Shown here in pieces: positions 10,499 to 19,747 of a stretch of 64,000 nucleotides of DNA. Within the stretch, counting starts at the first letter, position 1. Every line of letters begins with the position of its first letter. The DNA comes from a bacterium (GTDB lineage: Bacteria; Patescibacteriota; Dojkabacteria; SC72), in contig JAJTYH010000003.1 in assembly GCA_021463465.1 (NCBI GenBank), positions 211,549-275,548 of the forward strand. Direction: 5' to 3'. Under the pieces are notes generated by a model, which made no database searches, was not told where the DNA came from, and was given only the letters and a program-made list of their open reading frames with translations. The translations under genes and the position numbers were made by a program.

Positions 10499-11143
10499 AT
10501 GGGTCATAAGATAAATCCAAATGCAATTCGAATTGGTGTAAACAAAGGCTGGTCTTCAGTCTGGTATGCCAATAAGAGAGATTTCTCAGGTGAGTTAGGC
10601 TTGGATTTAAAGCTTAAGGATGCTGTGAGAAAAGCTTTGAATATGTCGGGTTTGGACAGTGTAAAGATTTACAAATATTCAAACCGTGTTGATATCGAAG
10701 CGCTAGTTGCAAGACCTGGTGTAGCTATTGGTCGGGCAGGTGCAGGTATCGATGAGCTGCAGAAGAAACTGAAGAAGATAGCCAAGATGGATGTTGAAGT
10801 AAAGATTAAAGAGGTTAAAAAACCTGATATTTCAGCACGAGTTATTGCTAGAAATATTGCGGATGGTATCGAAAGAAGGCAGCCTTCAAAACTTCTTATT
10901 GCTGCAGCAAAAGAAAAAGCTATGATGGCTGGAGCAACCGGAATTAAGATTCAAGTTGGTGGCCGAATCAATAATGCCTCTCAAGCAAGAAAGCAGAAAG
11001 ATGGAGCGGGTCCCGTGCCAAGGCAAACTCTCCGAGCTAACATTGATTATGCATTAGAAGTCGCTCAAACCGCTGATGCTGGTTTGTACGGCGTTAAGGT
11101 TTGGGTATATAAGCCACAGGAAAATACAGATGAGACTAAGTAA
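10499..11143 (+). CDS. rpsC: 30S protein uS3
   Basis: MGHKINPNAIRIG, TLRANIDY, GVKVW. Confidence 0.97.
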   Translation: MGHKINPNAIRIGVNKGWSSVWYANKRDFSGELGLDLKLKDAVRKALNMSGLDSVKIYKYSNRVDIEALVARPGVAIGRAGAGIDELQKKLKKIAKMDVEVKIKEVKKPDISARVIARNIADGIERRQPSKLLIAAAKEKAMMAGATGIKIQVGGRINNASQARKQKDGAGPVPRQTLRANIDYALEVAQTADAGLYGVKVWVYKPQENTDETK

Positions 11144-11148
11144 AAATT

Positions 11149-11562
11149 ATGATGCAACCTAAGAAAACAAAATATACCAAAGGAATGAAAGGCAGAGTCA
11201 GGGGTATGGCTACATCCAATAACGGTGTTGATTTTGGTGAATACGGTTTGAAGACAGTGGATTCTGGTTGGGTTAATGCTAAGGAGATTGAGGCTGCAAG
11301 AAGGGCAATAACCGGTCATATGAAACGAAAAGGTAAAGTATGGATTAAGATTTTCCCCCATAAACCCTTTACAAGGAAACCTAACAACGTGAAAATGATT
11401 GGTGGTAAGGGAAGCGTTGAAGGGTATGTCGCTACTGTAAGGCCAGGAAATGTACTTTTTGAACTTAGTGGTGTTGATGAGCCTACCGCACGTGAAGCGA
11501 TGCGACTTGGAGCTCAAAAGCTCTCTGTTATGACTAAATTCGTTACCCGGTCTGGATTCTAA
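11149..11562 (+). CDS. rplP: 50S protein uL16
   Basis: IEAARRAI, WIKIFPHKP. Confidence 0.97.
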   Translation: MMQPKKTKYTKGMKGRVRGMATSNNGVDFGEYGLKTVDSGWVNAKEIEAARRAITGHMKRKGKVWIKIFPHKPFTRKPNNVKMIGGKGSVEGYVATVRPGNVLFELSGVDEPTAREAMRLGAQKLSVMTKFVTRSGF

Positions 11563-11756
11563 TGAAAGCTACTGCAGTACGAAAAATGGAAGAGAGTGCT
11601 ATCCGAAAAGAATTAGTAAAGCTTTATGAGGATTTGAAGCAGAGTGTTGAGGATACTCGACTTGGAAAAGAGAAGGATTCGCAAAAAAGCTTGAAGATAA
11701 AAAGAAATATTGCTAGAATGCTAACCGTTTTGCGTGAAATGAATTTTAAGAAATAA
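11562..11756 (+). CDS. rpmC: 50S protein uL29
   Basis: IKRNIARMLT; size and synteny. Confidence 0.92.
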   Translation: MKATAVRKMEESAIRKELVKLYEDLKQSVEDTRLGKEKDSQKSLKIKRNIARMLTVLREMNFKK

Positions 11757-11758
11757 TT

Positions 11759-12013
11759 ATGAAAAAGAGTAAAGCAGAGGTAAAAGTTACAAATCGCCGA
11801 ATCCTTGAAGGGGTAGTAGTCAGTAATAAGATGGTTAAGACAGTAAAGGTTTTGATTGAATATTTGCAAGCTCATCCAAGATACAAAAAGGTTATTACCA
11901 AACGAAAAACATACTTTGCTCATACAGAGAAAGAATTGAAAGAAGGCGATAAAGTTAAGATTAAAGAAAGCCGACCATACTCTAAAAATGTAAGGTGGGT
12001 GGTAGTTGATTAA
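11759..12013 (+). CDS. rpsQ: 30S protein uS17
   Basis: GVVVSNKMVKT, HPRYKK, ESRPYSK. Confidence 0.96.
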   Translation: MKKSKAEVKVTNRRILEGVVVSNKMVKTVKVLIEYLQAHPRYKKVITKRKTYFAHTEKELKEGDKVKIKESRPYSKNVRWVVVD

Positions 12014-12015
12014 TT

Positions 12016-12387
12016 ATGGTTCAGTTAAATACTTTACTAACAGTTGCAGATAATAGCGGAGCCAGAGTTGCTAAACTGATTGGTATCCCTGGATATTCTC
12101 GACGTAGATGGGCAAGAGTTGGTGATTTGATAACTGTAGCTGTACATGAAGCTATTCCTAATGCACCTGTGAAAAATCATCAGGTAAGTAGAGCGGTTGT
12201 GGTTCGTACAGCTAAGGAAACCAAGCGAAAAGATGGATCGTATATTAGATTTGATGATAATGCTTGTGTTTTGCTAGATAGCAAGACCAAAAATCCTAAA
12301 GGAACTAGAATTTTTGGTCCGCTCTCTAGAGAGTTAAAGGAGAGAGGTTATGACAAGATAGTTTCGTTAGCGGTGGAGGTACTTTAA
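12016..12387 (+). CDS. rplN: 50S protein uL14
   Basis: VADNSGA, IRFDDNA, GTRIFGP. Confidence 0.98.
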   Translation: MVQLNTLLTVADNSGARVAKLIGIPGYSRRRWARVGDLITVAVHEAIPNAPVKNHQVSRAVVVRTAKETKRKDGSYIRFDDNACVLLDSKTKNPKGTRIFGPLSRELKERGYDKIVSLAVEVL

Positions 12388-12773
12388 TGAATATCAAAAA
12401 AGGAGATACAATAAAAGTATTATACGGGAAGGACTCAGGAAAGACTGGGGAAGTTTTAGCTGTTTTACCTAAGACTGATAAAATATTAGTCTCAGGTGTT
12501 AACAAAGTAACTCGCCATGTTAAGGGTGATGGTAAAAAGCGAAAGTCAGAGATTGTGATTGTAGAGAGGCCTTTGACAGCTTCTAAGGTTATGGTGATAT
12601 GCCCTAACTGTAAGAAACCTACGAGAATTGGAACGCAGAGAAAGGGAGCTGGTTACGTTCGTGTTTGTAAACAGTGTGGAAAAGAGTTTGCAGCAACTGT
12701 TAAAGCTGAAAAAGTGGAGAAGGTAACTGAAAAGAAAGAAGTTAAACCAAAGAAAAAGACAAGTAAAAAATAA
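12387..12773 (+). CDS. rplX: 50S protein uL24
   Basis: IKKGD...GKDSGK KOW motif; CxxC pairs. Confidence 0.95.
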   Translation: MNIKKGDTIKVLYGKDSGKTGEVLAVLPKTDKILVSGVNKVTRHVKGDGKKRKSEIVIVERPLTASKVMVICPNCKKPTRIGTQRKGAGYVRVCKQCGKEFAATVKAEKVEKVTEKKEVKPKKKTSKK

Positions 12774-13330
12774 TGAGTGCTAGATTAAGAGAAGAATACA
12801 AATCAAAAGTAAGAGGAGAGTTAATGAAAGAGGGTAACTTCTCTACTGTTATGGCGGTACCAACCTTTTCCAAGATTGTTATCAATTCTGGTGTAGGTGA
12901 GGCCACTACCAATAAAGGTGCACTAGATGAAGTAAGTGAGATTTTAACTCGTATTGTCGGTCAAAAAACTGTCATAACCAAAGCGAAGAAGGCTGTCTCA
13001 GCTTTTAAAGTAAGAGAAGGTATGGAAATTGGAGTTATGGCAACCCTTCGTGGTGATCGAATGTGGGAGTTCTTAGACAAATTGATAAATGTAGTATTAC
13101 CTCGTACCAAAGACTTTAGAGGTTTGAACCCTAAAGCCTTTGACGGCGTAGGTAACTATGCGATGGGTATTAAAGAGCACACTGTCTTTCCTGAGATTGA
13201 TACTAATAAAGTTCAGAAGATTAGACCATTGCAGATAATTATTGTTACGACAGCGAAAAACGATCAGGATGCGAAAGCACTTTTAACTAAATTCGGATTC
13301 CCATTCAAAGAAGATGGCGACAGAAGCTAA
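12773..13330 (+). CDS. rplE: 50S protein uL5
   Basis: KIVINSGVG, FKVREGM, DFRG, FPEI. Confidence 0.97.
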   Translation: MSARLREEYKSKVRGELMKEGNFSTVMAVPTFSKIVINSGVGEATTNKGALDEVSEILTRIVGQKTVITKAKKAVSAFKVREGMEIGVMATLRGDRMWEFLDKLINVVLPRTKDFRGLNPKAFDGVGNYAMGIKEHTVFPEIDTNKVQKIRPLQIIIVTTAKNDQDAKALLTKFGFPFKEDGDRS

Positions 13331-13508
13331 AAAAGCACAAGTAGTAAAGCTTAAAAAGAAGGCAAAATACTCTTCGAGAGTGTATAATAGATGCCAAAAT
13401 TGTGGTAGAGCTAGAGGATATTTGAGAATGTATGGGCTTTGCAGAATTTGTTTAAAGAAATTAGCTAGTGACGGAGAGATTCCTGGAGTTAAGAAATCAA
13501 TTTGGTAA
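13314..13508 (+). CDS. rpsN: 30S protein uS14, zinc-binding type
   Basis: RCQNCGR...LCRIC...IPGVKKS. Confidence 0.95.
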   Translation: MATEAKKAQVVKLKKKAKYSSRVYNRCQNCGRARGYLRMYGLCRICLKKLASDGEIPGVKKSIW

Positions 13509-13524
13509 TTTAAGTAAAGTATAT

Positions 13525-13905
13525 ATGGTTACAGACACAGTTGCAGACTTTTTGGCAAGAATGCAAAACGGAATAGTTCGAAAGAAAGATAGTATATTGG
13601 CACCTAAGACTAGAATGGTCCTTGAGATTACTAGAATTTTAAAAGAAGAGGGTATGATTGAAGGCTTTGAAGAGAATGATGGTGTAGTTAATGTGATTGT
13701 GAAGTATGTAGAAGGTGAGCCAATGGTTACTAAGTTTGTCAGAATAAGTAAGCCTGGTCAGAGAGTATATGTTGGTGCCAAAGAGATTTTACCAGTAATG
13801 AACGGCAGAGGGATCTCCATTGTTAGTACCTCTAAGGGTATGCTAAGTGGAGGAGTGGCCAAGAAACAAGGTATTGGCGGTGAATTAATATGTGAGATTT
13901 GGTAA
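13525..13905 (+). CDS. rpsH: 30S protein uS8
   Basis: DTVADFLARMQN, SKPGQRVY, STSKG, GGELIC; ATG at 13525. Confidence 0.96.
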   Translation: MVTDTVADFLARMQNGIVRKKDSILAPKTRMVLEITRILKEEGMIEGFEENDGVVNVIVKYVEGEPMVTKFVRISKPGQRVYVGAKEILPVMNGRGISIVSTSKGMLSGGVAKKQGIGGELICEIW

Positions 13906-13910
13906 TTGCT

Positions 13911-14459
13911 ATGTCAAGAGTAGGACTTAATCCAATCAAAATTGAAGAAGGTGTTCAGGTCACACTTGAGGGTAAGGATGTCTTAATTAAGGGTCCAAAA
14001 GGAGAGCTTAAGATAACTCTTCCTTGGAAGCTCGATTTAGATATCAAAGAGGGGGTTGTTGCTGTGAAGAGAACTGAGGAAGATCTTAAAACGAAGGCTT
14101 CGCACGGAACGTTTAGAATGCTGATTGACAATGCGATTGAAGGTGTGAAGAACGGTTTTAATCGCAATTTGGAATTAGTTGGTGTAGGTTACCGAGCGCG
14201 AATGGAAGGTACAGCTTTAGTGATGAACTTAGGGCTTAATCATCCAGTGAAGTTTGAAGCTCCCGAGGGTATTACTATTGAAGTACCTGAAGAAACCAAG
14301 ATTTTCATTAAAGGAATTGATAAGCAGAAGGTTGGAGAATTTGCAGCAAAGGTAAGAGAATTCAAGAAACCTGAACCTTACAAGGGTAAAGGAATTAGAT
14401 ATGAAGGGGAATATGTCCGGAGAAAGAGTTCTAAATCAGGAGTAACATCTAAGAAGTAA
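13911..14459 (+). CDS. rplF: 50S protein uL6
   Basis: MSRVG, GVGYRA, PEPYKGKGI. Confidence 0.97.
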   Translation: MSRVGLNPIKIEEGVQVTLEGKDVLIKGPKGELKITLPWKLDLDIKEGVVAVKRTEEDLKTKASHGTFRMLIDNAIEGVKNGFNRNLELVGVGYRARMEGTALVMNLGLNHPVKFEAPEGITIEVPEETKIFIKGIDKQKVGEFAAKVREFKKPEPYKGKGIRYEGEYVRRKSSKSGVTSKK

Positions 14460-14464
14460 AGATT

Positions 14465-14788
14465 ATGAGTAAAGTAACACCAAGAGAAAGGCGAAAAAAG
14501 CGAGTACGTAAAATCTTAAGTGGTACTGAAAGCCGACCTAGAGTTTTTGTATTCAAGAGTAACAAGTATTTACATGCAGGAGTCGCAGATGATATTGCGG
14601 GAAAAGTTTTGTTTGGAGCTACTGGTGCAAAGAATACTGCAGGTGCATCTAAGCTTGCTGAAGAGATTGCAAAACTACTTAAAAGTAAGAAATTGAGCGA
14701 GGCAGTATTTGATCGTAGTGGTTACAAGTATCATGGGGTACTTGCGAAATTTACTGACACCTTAAGAGAAAAAGGAATTAAGATATAA
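14465..14788 (+). CDS. rplR: 50S protein uL18
   Basis: RPRVFVFKSNK, VFDRSGYKYHG. Confidence 0.95.
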   Translation: MSKVTPRERRKKRVRKILSGTESRPRVFVFKSNKYLHAGVADDIAGKVLFGATGAKNTAGASKLAEEIAKLLKSKKLSEAVFDRSGYKYHGVLAKFTDTLREKGIKI

Positions 14789-14791
14789 TAC

Positions 14792-15415
14792 ATGGCAATG
14801 GAAAGATATAGAGAAAAAAGAGAAAATCGAGGCTATGACCGTAAAGTGGTCAGTATTCGTAGAGTCGCAAAAGTCAGAGCTGGTGGAAAGAACATGCGAT
14901 TTAGCGTGATGATTGTTGCAGGTGATCGCAAAGGTAGAGTTGGTGTATCTATGGGTAAAGGACTTGATACTCGATCCGCTTCAGAGAAAGCTGAACGCCG
15001 AGCTTCTACGTCAATGCGAAAGATTGAATTGATTGGTGATACTATTCCTCATGAAATTCTACATAAGACTGGTGCTGCTAAGATCTTGCTCAGACCTGCA
15101 AAACCAGGTACTGGTATTGTAGCTGGAGCTGCAGGAAGAAATGTACTTGAGATGGCAGGTATTGAGAATGTGTACTGCAAGCAGTTAGGTTCAAGTGATA
15201 TCATTGCTAACACCTACTGTGTTTACGAAGCGCTCTTGCTTTTGAGAAAAGGTAGAGTTTTGGAGCGAATGGGTAAGATGAGAGAACGAATTGGAATCAA
15301 AGAGAAAATTGACCAGGAGCGAATGAAGAAAGCTGCAAAGAAGAAAACCGAAAAGAGAGAATTTAAAGTTAGATCCAGAAGAGATGCAACTCGAAAGAAT
15401 ACCAAGAAGAAATAA
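14792..15415 (+). CDS. rpsE: 30S protein uS5 with basic C-terminal extension
   Basis: RVAKVRAGG, PAKPGTGIVAG. Confidence 0.96.
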   Translation: MAMERYREKRENRGYDRKVVSIRRVAKVRAGGKNMRFSVMIVAGDRKGRVGVSMGKGLDTRSASEKAERRASTSMRKIELIGDTIPHEILHKTGAAKILLRPAKPGTGIVAGAAGRNVLEMAGIENVYCKQLGSSDIIANTYCVYEALLLLRKGRVLERMGKMRERIGIKEKIDQERMKKAAKKKTEKREFKVRSRRDATRKNTKKK

Positions 15416-15824
15416 AAGAAAAATGCCAAGTAAAAGACTTGGTAGAGGCGTGGGTTCCGGCGTAGGTGGTCACACCGTAGGTCGTGGACAGAAAGGTCAG
15501 AAATCAAGATCTGGTCACAAATCTACTATCTTTTTTGAAGGTGGGAACAGACCTTTCTTTAGTCGTGTACCGAAATATCCTGGATTTAAGAAAAAAGCAG
15601 AGGCCCATGAAGCTGTTAACTTGGGTACCTTAGATAAAGCTTTTAAAGTAGGCGAAGATGTTACATTGGAGGCTTTAAAGAGTAAAGGGTTGGTGCGTAA
15701 AAGAGTGAACTTGGTAAAGATTTTGAGTAGTGGCGAATTAACTAAGAAGCTTAACATTGTTGGATTGCCTCTTTCGGAAAGCGCAATGGAAAAGCTTACG
15801 AAAGCTGGCGGATTGGTAAAGTAA
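15384..15824 (+). CDS. rplO: 50S protein uL15
   Basis: RLGRGVGSG, GRGQKGQKSRSG, FEGG. Confidence 0.96.
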   Translation: MQLERIPRRNKRKMPSKRLGRGVGSGVGGHTVGRGQKGQKSRSGHKSTIFFEGGNRPFFSRVPKYPGFKKKAEAHEAVNLGTLDKAFKVGEDVTLEALKSKGLVRKRVNLVKILSSGELTKKLNIVGLPLSESAMEKLTKAGGLVK

Positions 15825-15828
15825 AGAT

Positions 15829-17097
15829 ATGTTCAGAAATCTGCTAAATAGTATTGCCAACCTTTTCAAATCTGAAGAGGTTAGAAGAAAGGTGTTTTTC
15901 TCCCTTGTGATTTTGATAGTATTCCGAATTTTGGCAAGTATTCCTGTGGTTGGTATCCCGTCTGATGCAATTGCAAGATTATTTGCTGGAAGTAATTTCG
16001 GTGAATTACTCTCAACAATTTCAGGAGGAGTTCTGGAAACTGCATCTATAATTGCAATTGGTTTGAACCCTTATATTAATGCTTCTGTTACTCTTCAACT
16101 TCTGACCCCCGTAATCCCAAGACTTAAAGAACTTCGTAAAGAAGGATCGCAAGGCAGAAGGATTATTAGTATGTATACAAGGTGGCTGACTATTCCTTTG
16201 GCAATAATGCAATCGTTTGTAATCTACTCGACATTGAGAGGTTTTGGCTTGGTATCAGAGCTGTCTACATTAGAACTAACAGCAATGGTGGCTACTTTAA
16301 CTGGTGGTTCGATTTTGATGATGTGGTTGGGAGAGCTTATATCCGAAGACGGGATCGGCAGCGGTAGTTCTTACCTTATTTTTCTTGGGATTCTCTCCGT
16401 TATTCCTGGAAATGTTATTAACAACTTCCGAGTTATGGATCCTACACAGAAGCTAATGTTCATTCTAATGAATATGGGTATTATTCTTCTCGTTGTACTT
16501 ATTTCTGAAGCTGAAAGAAGGATTAAAGTTCAATATTCACGAAGAGTCCGTGCAGGAGGGACTTTGGATAGCCACATACCATTGAAACTTACACAGTCAG
16601 GAGTCATGCCAGTGATTTTTGCTATTTCACTACTCTCATTCCCTCAGCTTATTGCACAGTTCTTATTAAGTAGAGATATTAATTCGCAAGTTAACGGATG
16701 GGCTAATTGGGTAATTCAGACGTTAGCTAATCCTTACGTTCAGAATATTGGGACTTTTGTACTTGTAATCCTGTTCTCGCTTTTCTACATAACAGTTGTA
16801 TTTGATACAGATGAGATATCACAAGATTTGCAGAAGAACGGGGCTTTCATACAAGGAATTAGGCCAGGTAAGAGTACTTCAAAGTATCTTGCTGCTACTG
16901 CTTTTAAACTTACAGCTATTGGATCTTTAATTCTTGCCGTCCTTTCTGTTCTACCGAATATTTTGCTTGAGACTGGTTTTCTCACCTCGGTCATGATTAC
17001 AGGAACAGGATTCTTAATTTTAGTTGGTACAGCTTTGGATATGCGCAGACAGGTTAAATCGCTAGCTGTCGTCCGAGATTACAAACGGTACCTTTAA
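15829..17097 (+). CDS. secY: Preprotein translocase SecY
   Basis: IGLNPYINAS, GVMPVIFA, GIRPG; 10-TM profile. Confidence 0.96.
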   Translation: MFRNLLNSIANLFKSEEVRRKVFFSLVILIVFRILASIPVVGIPSDAIARLFAGSNFGELLSTISGGVLETASIIAIGLNPYINASVTLQLLTPVIPRLKELRKEGSQGRRIISMYTRWLTIPLAIMQSFVIYSTLRGFGLVSELSTLELTAMVATLTGGSILMMWLGELISEDGIGSGSSYLIFLGILSVIPGNVINNFRVMDPTQKLMFILMNMGIILLVVLISEAERRIKVQYSRRVRAGGTLDSHIPLKLTQSGVMPVIFAISLLSFPQLIAQFLLSRDINSQVNGWANWVIQTLANPYVQNIGTFVLVILFSLFYITVVFDTDEISQDLQKNGAFIQGIRPGKSTSKYLAATAFKLTAIGSLILAVLSVLPNILLETGFLTSVMITGTGFLILVGTALDMRRQVKSLAVVRDYKRYL

Positions 17098-17113
17098 TTA
17101 TTACCCTTTTGTT

Positions 17114-17764
17114 ATGAAAACAATTCTTTTCCATGGCCAGGCAGGAAGTGGTAAGGATACTCAGGTAGAGAAATTGTTGGAGAAATTCCCAGTTGAACGA
17201 ATTGCTACTGGTGCTATGTTTCGAACTATGAGCTCTGAGGGTGATCCAGATGCAGTAAAGGCTATGTCTAAAGTGGATAATGGGATATGGCCCACTCCCG
17301 AAGAGACCTACGCACTTGTAGGAAAATGGTTTAGCAGATTTGATAACAGTAAAGACTGGGTGCTAGTTTCAGTTGCAAGGTATGCGGAGCAAATTCCGTT
17401 CTTGGACGAAGCTCTTAAACCGTTTGACAGAGAAGTTGATTTAGTTATTCACTTTGTACTATCTGAGGAAGTTGCATTAGAGCGACTTGCTGGTCGTAAA
17501 ATTTGCGCTAAGTGCCAAGCTACTTACCACCCTAAATTCAAACCCGAAAAGGTAGAAGGCGTTTGCGATAGTTGCGGCAGTGAAATAGCGGTAAGGGTAG
17601 ATGATATGCCTGAGAAAATTAAGGAACGTTTCGCTCAGTATGCCAAGACGATCACTCCGTACTTAGACGAATATAAAAGTCGAGGAATATTGGTAGAAAT
17701 AGATGCTTCTGGAAGTATTGAGAATATCCATCAAGAAGTAGTTAAAGCCTTGGACTTGAAATGA
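17114..17764 (+). CDS. adk: Adenylate kinase family NMP kinase (Zn lid)
   Basis: GQAGSGKDT P-loop, CAKC...CDSC lid, RVDD; secY-adk-map synteny. Confidence 0.88.
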   Translation: MKTILFHGQAGSGKDTQVEKLLEKFPVERIATGAMFRTMSSEGDPDAVKAMSKVDNGIWPTPEETYALVGKWFSRFDNSKDWVLVSVARYAEQIPFLDEALKPFDREVDLVIHFVLSEEVALERLAGRKICAKCQATYHPKFKPEKVEGVCDSCGSEIAVRVDDMPEKIKERFAQYAKTITPYLDEYKSRGILVEIDASGSIENIHQEVVKALDLK

Positions 17765-18507
17765 AAGAGTACGTAGATATAGAGAAAATCGAGAAGATGG
17801 GGATTGCTGGAGATATTTTGTCAAATATTCTTAAAAAGCTATCAGATAAAGCTGGAATTGGTGTTAGACTTGATGAAATTGATGACCTTGCTGAAACGCT
17901 TTGTAAGCAAAACGGTGTTCTGCCGGCTTTCAAAGGATACGAGAACTTTCCCAAAGCTGTGTGTATAGGAGTAAATAATGTTGTGGTTCACGGTATTCCT
18001 AATGAAGATACCTTAAAAGATGGTGATATTGTGAGCATTGACATGGGAATTAAGTACCAGGATGTATACTCAGATTGTGCGGTGACAGTTGGGGTGGGTA
18101 AAATTTCCGCAAACGCACAAAAGCTTCTTGAGATAACGAAGAAAGCTGCCATGGATGCTATAAAAGAGGCGAAACCTGGTAAAAGAGTTGGAGATTTGGG
18201 TTTTGCAATGCAAAATGCTGCCGAAAGCAATGGTTTTTCCGTAGTACGGGAGATGACAGGTCATGGAATTGGCACAGCACTTCATGAAGAGCCGTATATT
18301 CCTTGTTATGGCATTAAAGGGCAGGGAGAAAGGCTATACGAAGGACAAACTCTGGCAATAGAGGCAATTGTTAACGAAGGTTCTCCTGATATCCGTATTT
18401 CGAGGGACGATGGTTGGACAAGTACGACTAAAGATGGTATGCTTTCAGCACTTTTTGAACACACAATTGTTGTTGGAAAGCAGCCTCAGATCCTTACCCG
18501 TTGGTAA
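17761..18507 (+). CDS. map: Methionine aminopeptidase type I
   Basis: VVHGIP, D.G, GHGIG..LHEEP, FEHT. Confidence 0.96.
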   Translation: MKEYVDIEKIEKMGIAGDILSNILKKLSDKAGIGVRLDEIDDLAETLCKQNGVLPAFKGYENFPKAVCIGVNNVVVHGIPNEDTLKDGDIVSIDMGIKYQDVYSDCAVTVGVGKISANAQKLLEITKKAAMDAIKEAKPGKRVGDLGFAMQNAAESNGFSVVREMTGHGIGTALHEEPYIPCYGIKGQGERLYEGQTLAIEAIVNEGSPDIRISRDDGWTSTTKDGMLSALFEHTIVVGKQPQILTRW

Positions 18508-18536
18508 TTGCAAGAGGGCGTTCACTTTGATATAAT
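18508..18536 (+). promoter_or_regulatory. Sigma70 promoter for infA-rpmJ-alpha operon
   Basis: TTGCAA-17 nt-TATAAT with a TG extension. Confidence 0.7.
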
Positions 18537-18572
18537 CCGAAGGATTTTATATCACAGTGAGAAAATGGCTTT

Positions 18573-18806
18573 ATGTCACAAAAAGACAAGAATGTAATTG
18601 TGGTTGAAGGAGTGATTAAGGAGTGTTTGCCAGATACGCGATTTTTAGTAGAAATTGATATTAACGGCCAGAAGCACGAGATTCTGGGATATCTATCTGG
18701 GAAGATGCGTATGAATTATATTTGGTTGTTAGTGGGGGATAAGGTAAAACTTGAAATATCCCCGTACGATACCAAAATTGGACGAATAACATACAGAAAT
18801 AAGTAA
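18573..18806 (+). CDS. infA: Translation initiation factor IF-1
   Basis: [17 protein letters not shown]...GRITYR. Confidence 0.96.
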   Translation: MSQKDKNVIVVEGVIKECLPDTRFLVEIDINGQKHEILGYLSGKMRMNYIWLLVGDKVKLEISPYDTKIGRITYRNK

Positions 18807-18807
18807 G

Positions 18808-18924
18808 ATGAAAGTACAGGCTTCGGTAAAAATCAGGTGCTCGGGCTGTTATACCGTAAGACGTAAAGGGAGAGTTTATGTATATTGCAAGAAGAATCCT
18901 AAGCATAAACAGAGACAAGGTTAA
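18808..18924 (+). CDS. rpmJ: 50S protein bL36 (38 aa, not in ORF track)
   Basis: Manual translation [38 protein letters not shown]. Confidence 0.97.
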   Translation: MKVQASVKIRCSGCYTVRRKGRVYVYCKKNPKHKQRQG

Positions 18925-18945
18925 TATATTTAAATAGCAAGCTTA

Positions 18946-19329
18946 ATGGCAAGAGTCGCAGGAGTTGAAATACCAGATCAAAAGCGAGTATGGGTGGCAC
19001 TCACTCGAGTTTACGGTATCGGTCAGGTTACAGCGAAAAAGATTATTGCTGCCTTGAATATTGAGGATGCAACTAAACTTAAGGAGTTAGGTGAGAGCAA
19101 GCTTGATGAATTGAGAAAATATATTGAGAGTCATTTTCAAGTTGAAGGTGAGCTCAGACAAAGAATATTTCGTGATATTAAGAGGCTGAAAGATATTAAA
19201 TCTTACAGAGGTCAAAGACATAAAGTGGGTTTGCCAGTAAGAGGTCAGAGGACCAGACATAACGCACATACCAGAAAAGGTAGAGCACAGCCAGTTGGAG
19301 GGCTTAAACGTAAACTTGAGAAAACTTAA
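18946..19329 (+). CDS. rpsM: 30S protein uS13
   Basis: MARVAGV, GLPVRGQRT. Confidence 0.97.
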   Translation: MARVAGVEIPDQKRVWVALTRVYGIGQVTAKKIIAALNIEDATKLKELGESKLDELRKYIESHFQVEGELRQRIFRDIKRLKDIKSYRGQRHKVGLPVRGQRTRHNAHTRKGRAQPVGGLKRKLEKT

Positions 19330-19344
19330 AGTTAGGAAGCTATT

Positions 19345-19731
19345 ATGGAAACCAAGAAAGTTAAAAAAACAACTAAGCGAACAGTGCCTAACGGTATTGT
19401 CAGCGTGCAGTCTACTTTTAACAACACAATTATTACGATTTCAGATGAAGAGGGTAAAGTACTTGTGCAGGGAAGTCCTGCCAATGTTGGTTTTAAAGGA
19501 GCTAGACGGAGTACTGCTTTTGCAGCTACGAAAGCCGCTATGTATGCAGGTGATATTGCTGTAAAGAAATATGGAGTAAAAGAAGTTAAAGCTTTTTTGA
19601 AAGGACCTGGTGCTGGTAGAAATGCCGCCATCAAGGGTCTTGATTCTGCAGGAATCAGGGTAACGCTCTTAATTGATAGAACCCCACTTCCTCATAACGG
19701 TTGCAGGCCAAGAAAAGCGCCAAGAAAGTAA
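19345..19731 (+). CDS. rpsK: 30S protein uS11
   Basis: STFNNTI, GPGAGR, PHNGCRP. Confidence 0.97.
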   Translation: METKKVKKTTKRTVPNGIVSVQSTFNNTIITISDEEGKVLVQGSPANVGFKGARRSTAFAATKAAMYAGDIAVKKYGVKEVKAFLKGPGAGRNAAIKGLDSAGIRVTLLIDRTPLPHNGCRPRKAPRK

Positions 19732-19747
19732 TTTGAAATTTATATAA

